Virus record (IMG/VR): IMGVR_UViG_2526164702_000004
Span: 12,985-76,984 of that record
Length of the DNA stretch: 64,000 nt
Source: a virus
Lineage: Duplodnaviria; Caudoviricetes
Strand: one strand, 5' to 3'
Within the stretch, counting starts at the first letter, position 1. Every line of letters starts with the position of its first letter. The position numbers were made by a program, and so were the translations under genes. Positions 47,656 to 58,536 of the stretch are shown piece after piece. Under the pieces are notes generated by a model. The model saw only the letters and a program-made list of their open reading frames with translations. It was not told the origin of the DNA and made no database searches.

Positions 47656-47938
47656 GAGAATTTTACGGGCACTTGCTACTATAAAAGGGCAAGATTGGGT
47701 TAACTGGTTTACAGAATCAGCCTTGATCACCGATCAAATCTGGGTAGAGAATTTCCGTATTACTAAAAAACTTAAGGAAGAGCATTTTGAAGATGAATCA
47801 ATTGATTGTTATGGCAAATACGGAACTGCATTTATAGATCAATCTCCATCAAGCGATTACGGTGATACTTTTTATGGTACAATTTATTTTAAGCTAAATT
47901 CAAGACAACGTTATCTTAAATTTGATTACGCTTGTTAA
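47648..47938 (+). CDS. Hypothetical protein
   Basis: 96-aa coupled ORF. Confidence 0.6.
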   Translation: MDERILRALATIKGQDWVNWFTESALITDQIWVENFRITKKLKEEHFEDESIDCYGKYGTAFIDQSPSSDYGDTFYGTIYFKLNSRQRYLKFDYAC

Positions 47939-48138
47939 AAGGGGAAAGTATGACTCTAAAAGAATTGGAAAGCTTTCGAGAGGATTTGAAAACTGTAACG
48001 GGATTTACTGACGTTGAACTCGCAAAGCTTGAAACTGAGTTTTCGAAACTTCCGGTATTTCCGGATCTGGGATCAGGTTTTTACGCGGTGTTTGTTGAGG
48101 GAGCGGCCGCGTATCGAAATATGCAGAGGGAATTATGA
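47932..48138 (+). CDS. Hypothetical protein
   Basis: 68-aa ORF. Confidence 0.5.
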   Translation: MLKGESMTLKELESFREDLKTVTGFTDVELAKLETEFSKLPVFPDLGSGFYAVFVEGAAAYRNMQREL

Positions 48139-48181
48139 ACGTTTATATAATTTCGGAAGCATACGAATGTGAAAATGCCAG

Positions 48182-48460
48182 ATGACTAACGTGGATAAAA
48201 TGAGCAGGCTTATAAGGACATTCTGGGATTATTTGAGATCGCCAAAGCATTATGGGTGGTCGGTCGGTCTTAAGTCAAGTCAACAAAAGTCGGGTTGGTC
48301 AGCTTTCATTCAAAATTATTGGTCAATCTACCACAACGGTTGGCCGCTAATCGTGATCCACGTTTCTGCAAACCAAAACGATTTCAGTTTCCGCTTTGGA
48401 ATAATTGGATTCGTCTTATTGGTGACAATTGATCGGAAACAAAAAAAAGCCTCACTATGA
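48182..48460 (+). CDS. Hypothetical protein
   Basis: 92 aa; the C-terminal FRFGIIG resembles paralogs A and B. Confidence 0.5.
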   Translation: MTNVDKMSRLIRTFWDYLRSPKHYGWSVGLKSSQQKSGWSAFIQNYWSIYHNGWPLIVIHVSANQNDFSFRFGIIGFVLLVTIDRKQKKASL

Positions 48461-48665
48461 CCTGTTTCCAAATCATCAAACTTATATTGGTCTACACAGT
48501 GCCTTGCGTTGTCGTCGGGTGGGTTGTGATTGCCCTCTTTGTTTGGCTTCCGTTGTGGTGGGTGGTGACAAAGTATTTTGGAGATGAGCGAGATAGGAAA
48601 TGATTTTAGAAACCTAATGAACAATAGAGATTAGGAAGACCAATTTAATAGAAGGAATATAGTTT

Positions 48666-49046
48666 ATGAAAGGGAATATTAAACCAATTACCGAAGGCAT
48701 TATGAAAGGGAATATTAAAAATAATACCAACGAACCAAAACCAAAGATAACTCCAATTTCGCATCCTAATAAAAAGTTAATTATTGAAGTTAACGATAGG
48801 GAAGACAGAAAGAAAAAAAAATCTTTCTCCAACAATAACTATAATGAATCGAGTGTATCTCTAAATGTTTTGCAAAATACTGTGTCGAAAGCTATTGCAA
48901 AACATTTAGAAGTAACAATTGAATTTTGCGACAACTTGCAACCTTATCTAAAAGAGCATCCTTCTGATTTTTTAAATTCTTGGATGGAATATCTAGTTTC
49001 GATTAAATACCTTAAAAAGCTTTGCGATCGTATGCTTAATAAATGA
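48666..49046 (+). CDS. Hypothetical protein
   Basis: 126 aa; last + strand gene of the early region. Confidence 0.5.
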   Translation: MKGNIKPITEGIMKGNIKNNTNEPKPKITPISHPNKKLIIEVNDREDRKKKKSFSNNNYNESSVSLNVLQNTVSKAIAKHLEVTIEFCDNLQPYLKEHPSDFLNSWMEYLVSIKYLKKLCDRMLNK

Positions 49047-49149
49047 CGGTATAATATTTTCTCATCTAAGAAAATATCCCACAACAAATTTATCAAAAAA
49101 TACCCCGCATTTACGGGGTTAAGTGAGATGGAATGTATTTAAGGATATA

Positions 49150-49590
49150 TTACGGTGCCAGTATATATTCTTTCGTTTCGTCCGTCGGTTTCGCTGAAGA
49201 TCCTCCGAACCAACTCACAAATCTGTAAACGTATGCTGCTCTAAACGAGCCCATTCCGTCTTCTAAACAAATTTTTTTTAGAATCTGATCTGCAGTATCA
49301 CGATATTTTATATGATCTAATTTTTCTTCCCGCATCAATTGATAGAGCGCGTCATGTACTAGTGATCCGCGCATAAAGGATTTTGTATCAAATGTCGGGC
49401 CGCTTGGTCCATCCCACGCGTATCCGGCGCTTATTTTTAATAGTCCGTCTATATCTAGTGATACAAAAGTTTTTATTCCAGTAGTTTCGATCCGAATTTG
49501 TTTTTCCGTCTTGATGTCTGTCTGGAACCAATAGGGTAATAAGAGTTCGTATTTGTAGTTCTTTAAACTTTTATAAACTATTCGATCCAT
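49150..49590 (-). CDS. DUF1353-like protein in the lysis cluster
   Basis: GYAWDGPSGP...SLVHDALY...ADQIL. Confidence 0.65.
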   Translation of the reverse strand: MDRIVYKSLKNYKYELLLPYWFQTDIKTEKQIRIETTGIKTFVSLDIDGLLKISAGYAWDGPSGPTFDTKSFMRGSLVHDALYQLMREEKLDHIKYRDTADQILKKICLEDGMGSFRAAYVYRFVSWFGGSSAKPTDETKEYILAP

Positions 49591-49798
49591 TGCTTTCCCC
49601 GTCCTTGTTTTTGCCAATAAATCCAATAGCAGCAAACCCAGCCGCAATTGCCAGACAAGCTTGGCTCCAATCTGCTTTGTCTATAAATACAGATACAATC
49701 GCACCGATTACAATCAACACACCTAATATAGTTGAGATCCGTCCTTTAGTCACATTATCGGAGAGATATTTCCAAAATGTTTTTTTGTGTTTGGTCAT
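49571..49798 (-). CDS. Putative holin (2 TM)
   Basis: 75 aa with two hydrophobic helices, adjacent to the endolysin. Confidence 0.55.
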   Translation of the reverse strand: MTKHKKTFWKYLSDNVTKGRISTILGVLIVIGAIVSVFIDKADWSQACLAIAAGFAAIGFIGKNKDGESNGSNSL

Positions 49799-49824
49799 AT
49801 TATATTTCCTTTATGTAGATTTTC

Positions 49825-50325
49825 TTATCCTATTGTGACTCGTTGGTATTTCATTTTGCCTGGTACTCCAAACGCGTTTAATACTTCTTTTTTCGGTTTG
49901 ATACCAATAGGCGCAACAGAGACGTGGACCCAAGTTACGCCTGAAGTCGTGCCTTCGTTGATTAATTGGTGGAATGGCAAATTGAGCTTTAGGATTTCTG
50001 CTACAATATCTTTTGTTGTCAACCCTTGAACACAAATGTCTGCTGCTTCGCCATTCATGTGTTGACTTGTTACGCTACCCTTCACTTTTCGATTTACTGC
50101 TGGCGATCGAAATCCGGAATTAACAATAATTGGCTTTTCAATTGCTTGCCTAAGTGGTTCCAAAATCGTTTCACAGAGACGCTTTAGATTTACGATTTGT
50201 CTTTCATCTGGAACGTTCGGAATGCCTGTTTGTGTAACAGTTAATTCAGACAAAGTAAAATTTTTTGATAAATTTGTTGTGGGTGCATTTTCTTTTTCCA
50301 TTTTTCCTAGATCCTTTTGGGTCAT
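49825..50325 (-). CDS. Endolysin, peptidase M15 family
   Basis: LSKNFTLSEL, SGFRS..VN..V.G..TSQHMNGEAADI, WVHVS. Confidence 0.85.
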   Translation of the reverse strand: MTQKDLGKMEKENAPTTNLSKNFTLSELTVTQTGIPNVPDERQIVNLKRLCETILEPLRQAIEKPIIVNSGFRSPAVNRKVKGSVTSQHMNGEAADICVQGLTTKDIVAEILKLNLPFHQLINEGTTSGVTWVHVSVAPIGIKPKKEVLNAFGVPGKMKYQRVTIG

Positions 50326-50939
50326 AATTTTTTCCTGAGTAAAATTCCTATTTCAGTTGCGGCTTCTTCAATCTCTTGTTTTTGAGGGGTACGATTAATA
50401 TCTTCATGCCATGAGACAGATACAAAGCCTTCTATTTTTCCCTTGTAATCAATCTTTGCAAATAGATGGGCTTTGATTTTATTAAACCGAAATATATCTT
50501 TCCAAACGGAGGATTCTGGCATTGATTCGGTTAGAAGATAAACGGAATCTGATTCACAGATCGGTTTAATAATTTCGAGTGATTGAGAAATACTTTGGTT
50601 GGTATAAAAATTATTAAACTCATAAGGATAAGCCATCCCAGATTTAACTACGATATTTGTGAGAGAAAATTTTTCTACGCCGGTTCCGTTGTGGTAATAT
50701 TCCCCGTTGTGAAATAAAAATACTTTTGCGCGGCTTGCGTTATAATGATCACGCAAAACGGCCAGCAGCTCCTGGACAGAAGTATTACGATTTAACTCCC
50801 TCTGAATCTTTCCGCGATCACGATTGGATTTCAGCCACTCGGTCCACCGATCAGAAATATACTTTAAAACGTGTATAGCTGCTACTCCTGCAACTATACC
50901 AGATGCCGAAAGGATTTCTTCGATCACGGTGGGTCCCAT
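50322..50939 (-). CDS. Single-TM protein with a GAF-like domain (possibly a T4 T-type holin)
   Basis: N-terminal TM, then a RAKVFLFHNG...GFVSV globular region, upstream of the endolysin. Confidence 0.4.
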   Translation of the reverse strand: MGPTVIEEILSASGIVAGVAAIHVLKYISDRWTEWLKSNRDRGKIQRELNRNTSVQELLAVLRDHYNASRAKVFLFHNGEYYHNGTGVEKFSLTNIVVKSGMAYPYEFNNFYTNQSISQSLEIIKPICESDSVYLLTESMPESSVWKDIFRFNKIKAHLFAKIDYKGKIEGFVSVSWHEDINRTPQKQEIEEAATEIGILLRKKL

Positions 50940-51036
50940 CCTTTATTTACGTCTATCGCTAATAGTTCGCTTGCAGTTGTCGCTGCTTGTATCTCTGATT
51001 TTGTTTGCGTGCACGCAAAACGCAACTGAAGACGAA

Positions 51037-51765
51037 TCAACTCCAAGCCTCGACTAAATCCAAAAATTCTTGTGGAGCTAAATGTCGAATTTTTTCTTCC
51101 ATTTCCCATTTTTTAGAATATAAAATTCTCCCTGTATTAAAAAGATCTAACTCGATTAGATCCGATAATTCCGATAATTCTTCTACGCTCAAAGAATGAA
51201 ATTGGTCATTTGCATCTCTCCATTCCGGGATGGAGATAATCTGTTGTTTGTTATAAATATTTAATGTTTTTTGAATATTCTCTAAATAAGTTTTACCAGA
51301 ATCCCAAAGTGTATTACGATAATCAACCTTACTTCTATAAGAATTTACCTTAGAATAGAAGATCTGACTATTTCTCTCCAGTAGAGCTTCTTTTTTGCGC
51401 TCTTGATTGATTATCCAACCGGAATCCGTATATTTTTGATACTCCACCAGATTTCCGGCAGAGTCCTTGAAAGGTTCTATCTCCGTTTCTATTTCCGAAT
51501 CTATTTTATCTTCCCAGCCATGTAGGACTCTTTCCTCTCCCGAAGTTTTATTATATACTTTTTGGGGAATAAAATCTTGCGCCACTCCGTCTTTAATCAC
51601 TGCAGTAAACGTTTCCCAGATTTGTGGATTGTAGTGGTGTGAATACACAATCTCGTGTTGGTCTGGTTTAAAATTTGCCCATGCTTCTACACCCGTAAGT
51701 TTGGTTGGGTCCGTGTTAATCCAGACAACTTGTTTATTTGATTTTTCTAATATATAATTCATCAT
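51037..51765 (-). CDS. Tail fibre assembly chaperone (DUF4376-like)
   Basis: EWRDANDQFHSLSVEEL motif; follows the fibre gene. Confidence 0.7.
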   Translation of the reverse strand: MMNYILEKSNKQVVWINTDPTKLTGVEAWANFKPDQHEIVYSHHYNPQIWETFTAVIKDGVAQDFIPQKVYNKTSGEERVLHGWEDKIDSEIETEIEPFKDSAGNLVEYQKYTDSGWIINQERKKEALLERNSQIFYSKVNSYRSKVDYRNTLWDSGKTYLENIQKTLNIYNKQQIISIPEWRDANDQFHSLSVEELSELSDLIELDLFNTGRILYSKKWEMEEKIRHLAPQEFLDLVEAWS

Positions 51766-53111
51766 GCTACCCTCACTTTATATTTTACTGCAATATATGC
51801 AGGGGTAGTTTCGTTGCCGGTCCGGGGAGTTCCGTTTGTACCGTCGCTAGTAGGATATAACGGGTTGCCAGTCCCAATTGCACTTCCGGGCATAACGGCT
51901 GATCCACCGGATTGAATCGCGTTAATCACAAAACCTTGAAATTTATCTTGGCCCGCGTATCCAACTGCACCACCATCATAATTTCCACCAGCTGCTTTTG
52001 ATCGTGATCCGTGGACGCCTGCGCCTCGTGCAAATATACCACGTCGATCCGGAACATTATACGTAGTCGACCCATCTCCAAATCCATATTCCACATTTGT
52101 AAGCATCTCTCCTGTTTGAGAAGATGTGAGATCTAAAATAGAGCCTGTTGGGGTCGAGGAAATTTGAAAGTCATTTGTCGTAGGGTTACGTACATAATAA
52201 TTGACTAATGCACTGACACCTCCACCTGTAAAAGAAAACTTTACAAGTTGACCTTCAATACATCCGTGGTTTGTACAACTAATTCGATCAGTGGATGCAG
52301 TTATCCCAGTAATATTTTTGTGTACTAAATTCCAGAGTGTTGCGTAAATACCAGTTCGAAGAATTGTTTGTCCATTCGGTATTTTGTATCTGGATGGATC
52401 TAATTGATCGAATGGATCTTCGCACATATCACCAAGAACAATCGGGTCTAAAACAACATCTCCAGTTTGCCCATTGACTGATCTTACGGGTATTATGAAG
52501 TCTTCTACAGTAAAGAGTGTTCCATTTTTGTTTTTTGGAATTTTTATAGAATTTATAATTTTATTAACCGAAATGATGTTACCAAACGCATTATCTTTTT
52601 TATATTCCAACCATTTAATTCTTCCTGAAGTAAGTGTAGGAAAAGAAGCTGTATTGTTATAGTTTTCATAGATTTTAAGTTGGAATACTTTTCTAGTATT
52701 TGCACTCTGCTGGTATGAAGAATTGGAAGAAATATTGAAAAATTGTAAATCAACAAGATCTGAATCTAGCGAAACTAATTCTATTTCTAAAAACCCCCAA
52801 AATGCCTGTGGAGTAGGTTGGAAAGTTAATGACTCAAGAAAATAAATCTCATCGTCTTTTACCATACCTCCTTTTTTTGTATTTATAGTAGTAGTGTTGA
52901 AATTTGAAATTTCTCCTCCTAACCACTGGTATTCTCCAGATTCAAGGCAAAATAACTCTCTAAAGAGCATGATGATTGCTTTAGGATAAACTAGTATGTC
53001 ATCTTCAAGTCCTGGCGTAGATCCCACCATTTTTGCATTAACACGTTGGTTTGGATTATATATTGCCCTTTTCGTTATAGAATCGTTGGTAGCAATACTG
53101 ACTATTGTCAT
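51762..53111 (-). CDS. Tail fibre protein with collar domain
   Basis: PNGQ..Y.TLW..YGFGDGSTTYNVPDRRGIFARG..QD..Q..ETTPAYIA. Confidence 0.85.
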   Translation of the reverse strand: MTIVSIATNDSITKRAIYNPNQRVNAKMVGSTPGLEDDILVYPKAIIMLFRELFCLESGEYQWLGGEISNFNTTTINTKKGGMVKDDEIYFLESLTFQPTPQAFWGFLEIELVSLDSDLVDLQFFNISSNSSYQQSANTRKVFQLKIYENYNNTASFPTLTSGRIKWLEYKKDNAFGNIISVNKIINSIKIPKNKNGTLFTVEDFIIPVRSVNGQTGDVVLDPIVLGDMCEDPFDQLDPSRYKIPNGQTILRTGIYATLWNLVHKNITGITASTDRISCTNHGCIEGQLVKFSFTGGGVSALVNYYVRNPTTNDFQISSTPTGSILDLTSSQTGEMLTNVEYGFGDGSTTYNVPDRRGIFARGAGVHGSRSKAAGGNYDGGAVGYAGQDKFQGFVINAIQSGGSAVMPGSAIGTGNPLYPTSDGTNGTPRTGNETTPAYIAVKYKVRVA

Positions 53112-53752
53112 TGATTTTCTCCTATAAAATCTTTATCTAAAAACCCATTATCTAAATGCAAGTGGCTGAACTCAGGATATTCATTAATTACACCCGCAAA
53201 AGCACCAATGCCTGCACATTTTATTTGATAAATTGTTCTTAAAAGTAGTGCATCAATATCAAAAATCGTATTAAATATTATATAAATTGCATTAGTATGG
53301 TGGGTGAGGACAGAACCAAAAGGTTTGTTTCTTAATACAGGTGTGTCTAGATGGGACACATTTAAAAAAAATCCCAAGTCTTGTGCTTCTTTGATTTCAA
53401 CGTGATCTAAGTCTTTAATTAAATTTTTAATTGCAGGCAATGTTCCGACAATGGATAATAATTTAGAGAGTACTTTAGCTCTATATTCGTTATCAGATAG
53501 ACCAGAGTCATTGTTTACTCCTAAAAACTCTCCCCAAGCATTAAGTAAAAATCCACTAGCATTTGTTAGAGGAAATTCATCGACTAAACGCTTTACGTAA
53601 CGATAATGCCATTCAATCCCGTTGTAAATCGCACCTTTATTAATATCGTTTATATTTTGAATTTTACTCTTTTCTGTACGATCAGGATCATAAAATAAGG
53701 CTCTAAATACCTTTCCAGATTTATTGAAGAGTGATAGATACTTATCGATCAC
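53108..53752 (-). CDS. Baseplate wedge (gpI-like)
   Basis: ASGFLLNAWGEFLGV..SDNEYRAKV; between J and the fibre gene. Confidence 0.7.
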   Translation of the reverse strand: MIDKYLSLFNKSGKVFRALFYDPDRTEKSKIQNINDINKGAIYNGIEWHYRYVKRLVDEFPLTNASGFLLNAWGEFLGVNNDSGLSDNEYRAKVLSKLLSIVGTLPAIKNLIKDLDHVEIKEAQDLGFFLNVSHLDTPVLRNKPFGSVLTHHTNAIYIIFNTIFDIDALLLRTIYQIKCAGIGAFAGVINEYPEFSHLHLDNGFLDKDFIGENQ

Positions 53753-54912
53753 GGTGGACTAATCCTATTAATCAAATTGCATACAATTGTTCCACCACCA
53801 CTTCCGCCGATTTTAGGAACTGATCCAGAAGAAACAACTATATCCGAAGAGAGTCCTACAAATCGGATTCTTTGTATATCTGGGTGCGCATTAATACCTA
53901 CACCTTTTAATCGATCAAAAATTACATCTTCTCCGTTTCTTAATCGGTTTACATAATTTGCAAAACTTTGGCTTACAATTGATATGAGTTGTGAATCTGA
54001 AAGTTGAGTAGAAATTAAAACGTCTAGTTCGTAATTAAATGAAATAGGCTGAATATTAAGATTACTTACAAAAAGGCGAGTCCCAGCAGCCTTATAACCA
54101 AAATCTGAACTATTTAACAATCCGGATATTTTATCTCTTACAGTTTGTAAAATATTTGGTGCAGTATTACTAGTACCATCTGATACATAAATATTAATCC
54201 AACCTGTCTCTGGCTGTCCACTATTCGGGTTTATGTTTTCGGTTACATAACAATCAACAATTCCAGAAATTGATTTCACTCCTGATAGGATGCCGGCTAA
54301 TGTAGATCTACTTAAATTATTAACAAATTCTTGCCATCTAATTAATCGCTCTTCTTCTGTCTCCTTGTCAGTTCCTCCGGATATTGGGTAGGGATTAAAA
54401 ATACGATCAAAATCAATTACAACGGTTGGATCGGAAGTTTGAAAAATATCACCACGACCTAAGTTTGTATCAATGCCAAGAGAATCGATATTGTATTGTG
54501 TGCCTGGTTCTACCGCACGAATATCTATGTCAATCGATGTATGACTTACAACTAATGTTACTGGACCAACTGTTTGATACACTTGGCCGAAAAGTGAAAT
54601 TGTAAATATTGGAATACTATAATTTGACGTTAGACCTGATTTTTCGAATCTTATAAATCCAGTAGATTTTTTTCCTTCAAGAAGCCCAAAACCAAAAGAT
54701 TCATAACAAGCATTTCTCATGGCATATAAATAAGCAGAATAAAATTCTGAACTCATACGAGATAATGCTGCTGCTATCGCTTCTAGGATTGTACGAATTC
54801 GAGAACCTGGTTTAAAATTTGTAAGCCTTACATTAGCCGAAACTAGGTAACTTACAAAATTTGCAAAAATTCCAGAAAAGGTCCTAAGAGTATATGGGCT
54901 TGGATCGCTCAT
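53749..54912 (-). CDS. Baseplate J-like protein
   Basis: TNFKPGSRIRTILEA..GGTDKETEEERLIRW..GWINIYV. Confidence 0.85.
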   Translation of the reverse strand: MSDPSPYTLRTFSGIFANFVSYLVSANVRLTNFKPGSRIRTILEAIAAALSRMSSEFYSAYLYAMRNACYESFGFGLLEGKKSTGFIRFEKSGLTSNYSIPIFTISLFGQVYQTVGPVTLVVSHTSIDIDIRAVEPGTQYNIDSLGIDTNLGRGDIFQTSDPTVVIDFDRIFNPYPISGGTDKETEEERLIRWQEFVNNLSRSTLAGILSGVKSISGIVDCYVTENINPNSGQPETGWINIYVSDGTSNTAPNILQTVRDKISGLLNSSDFGYKAAGTRLFVSNLNIQPISFNYELDVLISTQLSDSQLISIVSQSFANYVNRLRNGEDVIFDRLKGVGINAHPDIQRIRFVGLSSDIVVSSGSVPKIGGSGGGTIVCNLINRISPP

Positions 54913-55008
54913 GGGAAGTGGACAAGAGATAATTGCCGGAAAAAAATCAATTAAAAAATACTTGCAGTTGTAGTATGGTAGTTTCCTTGTCATTCGCTTT
55001 AGAAAGGA

Positions 55009-56871
55009 ATGGGATCTTTAGCTACAAGCGTAACAAGAGGTACTGGTGGATTTGAAGCTACCGGCGCATTTAGTTTAGAATTTCAAATGCGCCAATCCGC
55101 GTCAGGCGTAACTCCAATTTCTTTTGGTGAGTATTTCTTTTTAATTGGTTTATCGCGCCAAGAACATTCATATAATTATAATATTTCCGTTACACCTACC
55201 TATGGAGGTGCACAAGTCGTTGATAATGGCAATTCAATCAGTAATATTTTGTTGTCAGGCGAAATTTGGCAGCAATACGAAGGGCAACCTGTGCGAAAAC
55301 CAACAAGTTCTTTTGGAAGTCTTGCTGGCGCTGCTTCTGCAATTGGTAGCGCGTTATTACAAGAACTTGAGGGAATCAATCCAATAAAAAAATCCGGTTA
55401 TTTAGATTTCTTTGATCTTGTTTATTTAATGCACGAAATTAGAGATGAGTCCAAGGCTGATAATAGAGTTCCAACATTCTCGCCTTTTTTTCCGAATGCG
55501 AATGATATAAAACTGAAAGCAACCGGGAATACTCCTTTTAATTTCGAAAAAGTAGTAATGATTTTTCATGACTATGATCGAGACGCACATTGGGAAGTTG
55601 TATTTGCAGATCATGGTGGATTTAAGATTTCACAATCAAACGAGGATCCGCTGACTTGGGTTTGGTCCTTAAATCTAATTGGGATTGCCGATTTATCGTC
55701 AAATGCTCCTTTCAGACGTCCTGCATTACCGGATCCGAAAGCCTTAATAAACAATGCAATCACGGTGTTTGATAATATACTAACGGACATTTCTGGGCCA
55801 TTGAGGTATTTTTCTAATGTGACTGATCTTTACAAAGATATTGCTAGTCTATCGGAGACCATGAAAAATGATCTAAAGATGTTTGAGATAACAAATAAAA
55901 ATACATTAAATAAAATTGCTAAATCAGGTGGACCTCTTAAGAAAAAAACAAATCAATTTCATGAGCTTTTGAATCAAGTTTATTTTCCAAACCAGATTGT
56001 TCCGGAAATGGGATCTTTAGATAACCCTCAAATTCCTATAACATCCAACTCTACTTTGGAAGAAATAAATAAATCCGAAATGCCGTCCTCGGTTTATAAC
56101 AATATTTTTACGACCTCAGTGGTGCCGGAAAATGAATATATTCTTGCGATTGACCCTATGGTAAATTCAGTCCTAGACATTCAGCAGGCTCTTGCAGATG
56201 TAAGTGCTGCTTTGATTTTAGTAAATAACCAAAATATTTCACAAAACTTTGCATATATTACTGTAAAGCCAAACATGTCCCTCGAAAGCATATCAAATTT
56301 TTATTATGGATCTCCTGAACGTGTTCAGGATTTAATCAGAGACAACGGTATGTTGCTAGTTGGAAGAGGGGATGATATTGTCGGGTTATCAATTAGAGTT
56401 CCGTCTCAAAAATCGTACTCACAAATAGATACTGGCATAATCTCAGAACATCGTATTCTAGATAATCTACCTCCCGAAAAGATGCAAGAAATTATAGAAA
56501 AATGGTATTTTGGAGAAGATATAAGTTTAACGGATGATTATGACATTGAAGTTGAATCAGGGGATCTTGCAATAACGAGTGGTTTAGACTGCTTAATTGA
56601 CGGTTGCTTAGATAAACTTAGAATCTTACCTGGTCAAATCCCTTTTCACACTGCTATAGGTGCAAGTATCGAACCTGGCACTGCACCAGATGAACTTTTT
56701 AGTTTAGTGATTCCTTCAAGAATTATTCAAAATTTACAATCTGATCTAGGAGTAAAAGACGCATCAATTACTTCCTTCGAATTTAATGATGATACGATTG
56801 AATATCAAGTCCAGATAAGTCCGATTGGTGATTTCAGAAGTTTTAAATTACGTAGGCGTCGTAATTTTTAA
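55009..56871 (+). CDS. Baseplate protein (tube-initiator-like N-terminus, LysM-like segment, gp25/W-like C-terminus)
   Basis: 620 aa; TVKPNMSLESISNFYYGSPE..DLIRDN (LysM-like); GDLAITSGLDCL. Confidence 0.55.
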   Translation: MGSLATSVTRGTGGFEATGAFSLEFQMRQSASGVTPISFGEYFFLIGLSRQEHSYNYNISVTPTYGGAQVVDNGNSISNILLSGEIWQQYEGQPVRKPTSSFGSLAGAASAIGSALLQELEGINPIKKSGYLDFFDLVYLMHEIRDESKADNRVPTFSPFFPNANDIKLKATGNTPFNFEKVVMIFHDYDRDAHWEVVFADHGGFKISQSNEDPLTWVWSLNLIGIADLSSNAPFRRPALPDPKALINNAITVFDNILTDISGPLRYFSNVTDLYKDIASLSETMKNDLKMFEITNKNTLNKIAKSGGPLKKKTNQFHELLNQVYFPNQIVPEMGSLDNPQIPITSNSTLEEINKSEMPSSVYNNIFTTSVVPENEYILAIDPMVNSVLDIQQALADVSAALILVNNQNISQNFAYITVKPNMSLESISNFYYGSPERVQDLIRDNGMLLVGRGDDIVGLSIRVPSQKSYSQIDTGIISEHRILDNLPPEKMQEIIEKWYFGEDISLTDDYDIEVESGDLAITSGLDCLIDGCLDKLRILPGQIPFHTAIGASIEPGTAPDELFSLVIPSRIIQNLQSDLGVKDASITSFEFNDDTIEYQVQISPIGDFRSFKLRRRRNF

Positions 56872-58391
56872 TGATTCATGCTATTAAACCAACCTTTAGA
56901 GTATTCTTACTTGGATTCATTCCGTTTGAAGCAACATCTATTTCTAAACGATATAGTTTAGATGAGATTGTTGCTATGGAATCTCCGATTGAGATTCCAA
57001 GTAATATGCTAGCGCGTATTAACTTTAGGGATTCTGTATCTGGAGGTTCTTTTAAAATCGATCTTCCAAAAGGTGCTAGAAATGATTTTTCAACTAATGG
57101 TCAAAGAGTACGTATAAGGGAATTATTTAGACCTGGTAGAATAGTCGTTATAACCGAAGATGACAAAACAAAATTTGCAGGTCGTATATCCGATGAGAGT
57201 CATAGAGGAGGTGTAAGAGGAGAATCTGAATACAGTATTACTGGGGAAGGGTTGGAAGAGGCCATAAGTTCACAAATTTTATTTATAGATTTCGATAATT
57301 CTAAACCACCTTCAAACACTATTCCTGTTGCTGTTGCAGCAAAATCACCTGGCAACAGATTGCAAACTGCATTACAAACAGTTCTAAATGCAATCAAAGA
57401 AGCCAAAAGTCCAACGTTAATGATGCAGTCTCTTGCGGATTCTGCAATTAAACATTTACTGAGTAATGGCAAATACGGTGGAAGAGAGTTTTTCCAAATG
57501 GTTGATACCTTATCAGGATTAGATCAAGAACCCTATACAATTGCTTTTTTGCATACGCTTCAGTGGTTAAATTCTCAAAATTTTGGAAACAATCTTTCCA
57601 TTTGGTCTTTAATGGAGTCGTTAGCAAAACCTCCACTCTATGAACTTTTTTTTCATTACGATCAGTCTGTTGATTTTTATATCAGTGGCGAAAAGAAATC
57701 ATTGTTTATACCTAAAAAATTTGAATCAGTTAAAATTACTTCTCCTGATACGCTTATAGGGACCCTTGTATATCGTAAGACACCTTTCCAATTCTTAGAT
57801 TCTGTTTCTCTTACTAAAGATTCGATGCAAGGTCTTGTCGTAGAAGTGGATCAGAGCTTCATTAGTAATTTTGAATTAACAGAATCAACGGCTGATATTT
57901 TTTCGGGTGTTCATGTAAATGTTGGTATTTTTGATAATATCATGGGACTTATGTTAAACCCGGTCACATATAGTCCTCAACTCCTTGCAGAGTTTGGTCA
58001 ACGTGTTTTATCTATTGTTCTCGATGGGGCTGGTTTTCCAAAAGAAGTCGATACAGCAGCTACACAAAGTTTATTTAATCAAAAACTGAATGAAATACAA
58101 ACAAAGATCTTTAATACTTTCGGTACTGGAGAAAGAATTTTTTCAGGATCTTTTTCGGGTGGTTACTTTCGAGGTATTTCCAAGGGCATGATTTTGGAAA
58201 TAGTAAATAAAGACGGGGGAGTGCAATCTAAACCACTTAACGGTGATCTTGAAATTTATGATCCTAGATTTTATATTACTGGTATAGACGTAACTTGGAT
58301 ACCAGGCACCGGGAAAGCAGATCAGACTATCTCAGTTAAATGGGGTAAAAGAAAACTAGATCCAAATTGGGACCAAAAAACAATTAGTTAA
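56871..58391 (+). CDS. Baseplate hub-like protein
   Basis: 506 aa, coupled to the previous gene; KFAGRISD..YSITGEG..FYITGID hub-type beta pattern. Confidence 0.55.
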   Translation: MIHAIKPTFRVFLLGFIPFEATSISKRYSLDEIVAMESPIEIPSNMLARINFRDSVSGGSFKIDLPKGARNDFSTNGQRVRIRELFRPGRIVVITEDDKTKFAGRISDESHRGGVRGESEYSITGEGLEEAISSQILFIDFDNSKPPSNTIPVAVAAKSPGNRLQTALQTVLNAIKEAKSPTLMMQSLADSAIKHLLSNGKYGGREFFQMVDTLSGLDQEPYTIAFLHTLQWLNSQNFGNNLSIWSLMESLAKPPLYELFFHYDQSVDFYISGEKKSLFIPKKFESVKITSPDTLIGTLVYRKTPFQFLDSVSLTKDSMQGLVVEVDQSFISNFELTESTADIFSGVHVNVGIFDNIMGLMLNPVTYSPQLLAEFGQRVLSIVLDGAGFPKEVDTAATQSLFNQKLNEIQTKIFNTFGTGERIFSGSFSGGYFRGISKGMILEIVNKDGGVQSKPLNGDLEIYDPRFYITGIDVTWIPGTGKADQTISVKWGKRKLDPNWDQKTIS

Positions 58392-58536
58392 GATTGAATT
58401 TCTTTTTATAGCTTATCCCAATAGCTCATAAAGTTTGATTGATTTTAGGACCAAAAAGATTACATTTGTTATATAATTTATAGTGGACAAATTTTTTTAA
58501 AAGCAAATAGATACAAATGCTATTATTATAAAAGAC

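Noticed and set aside
48666-48720. 18-bp direct repeat ATGAAAGGGAATATTAAA
   Set aside because: A single small duplication at a gene start; no wider pattern.
49150-53752. Diversity-generating retroelement or invertase-driven tail-fibre switching
   Set aside because: No reverse transcriptase, template/variable repeat pair or invertase is visible in the window.
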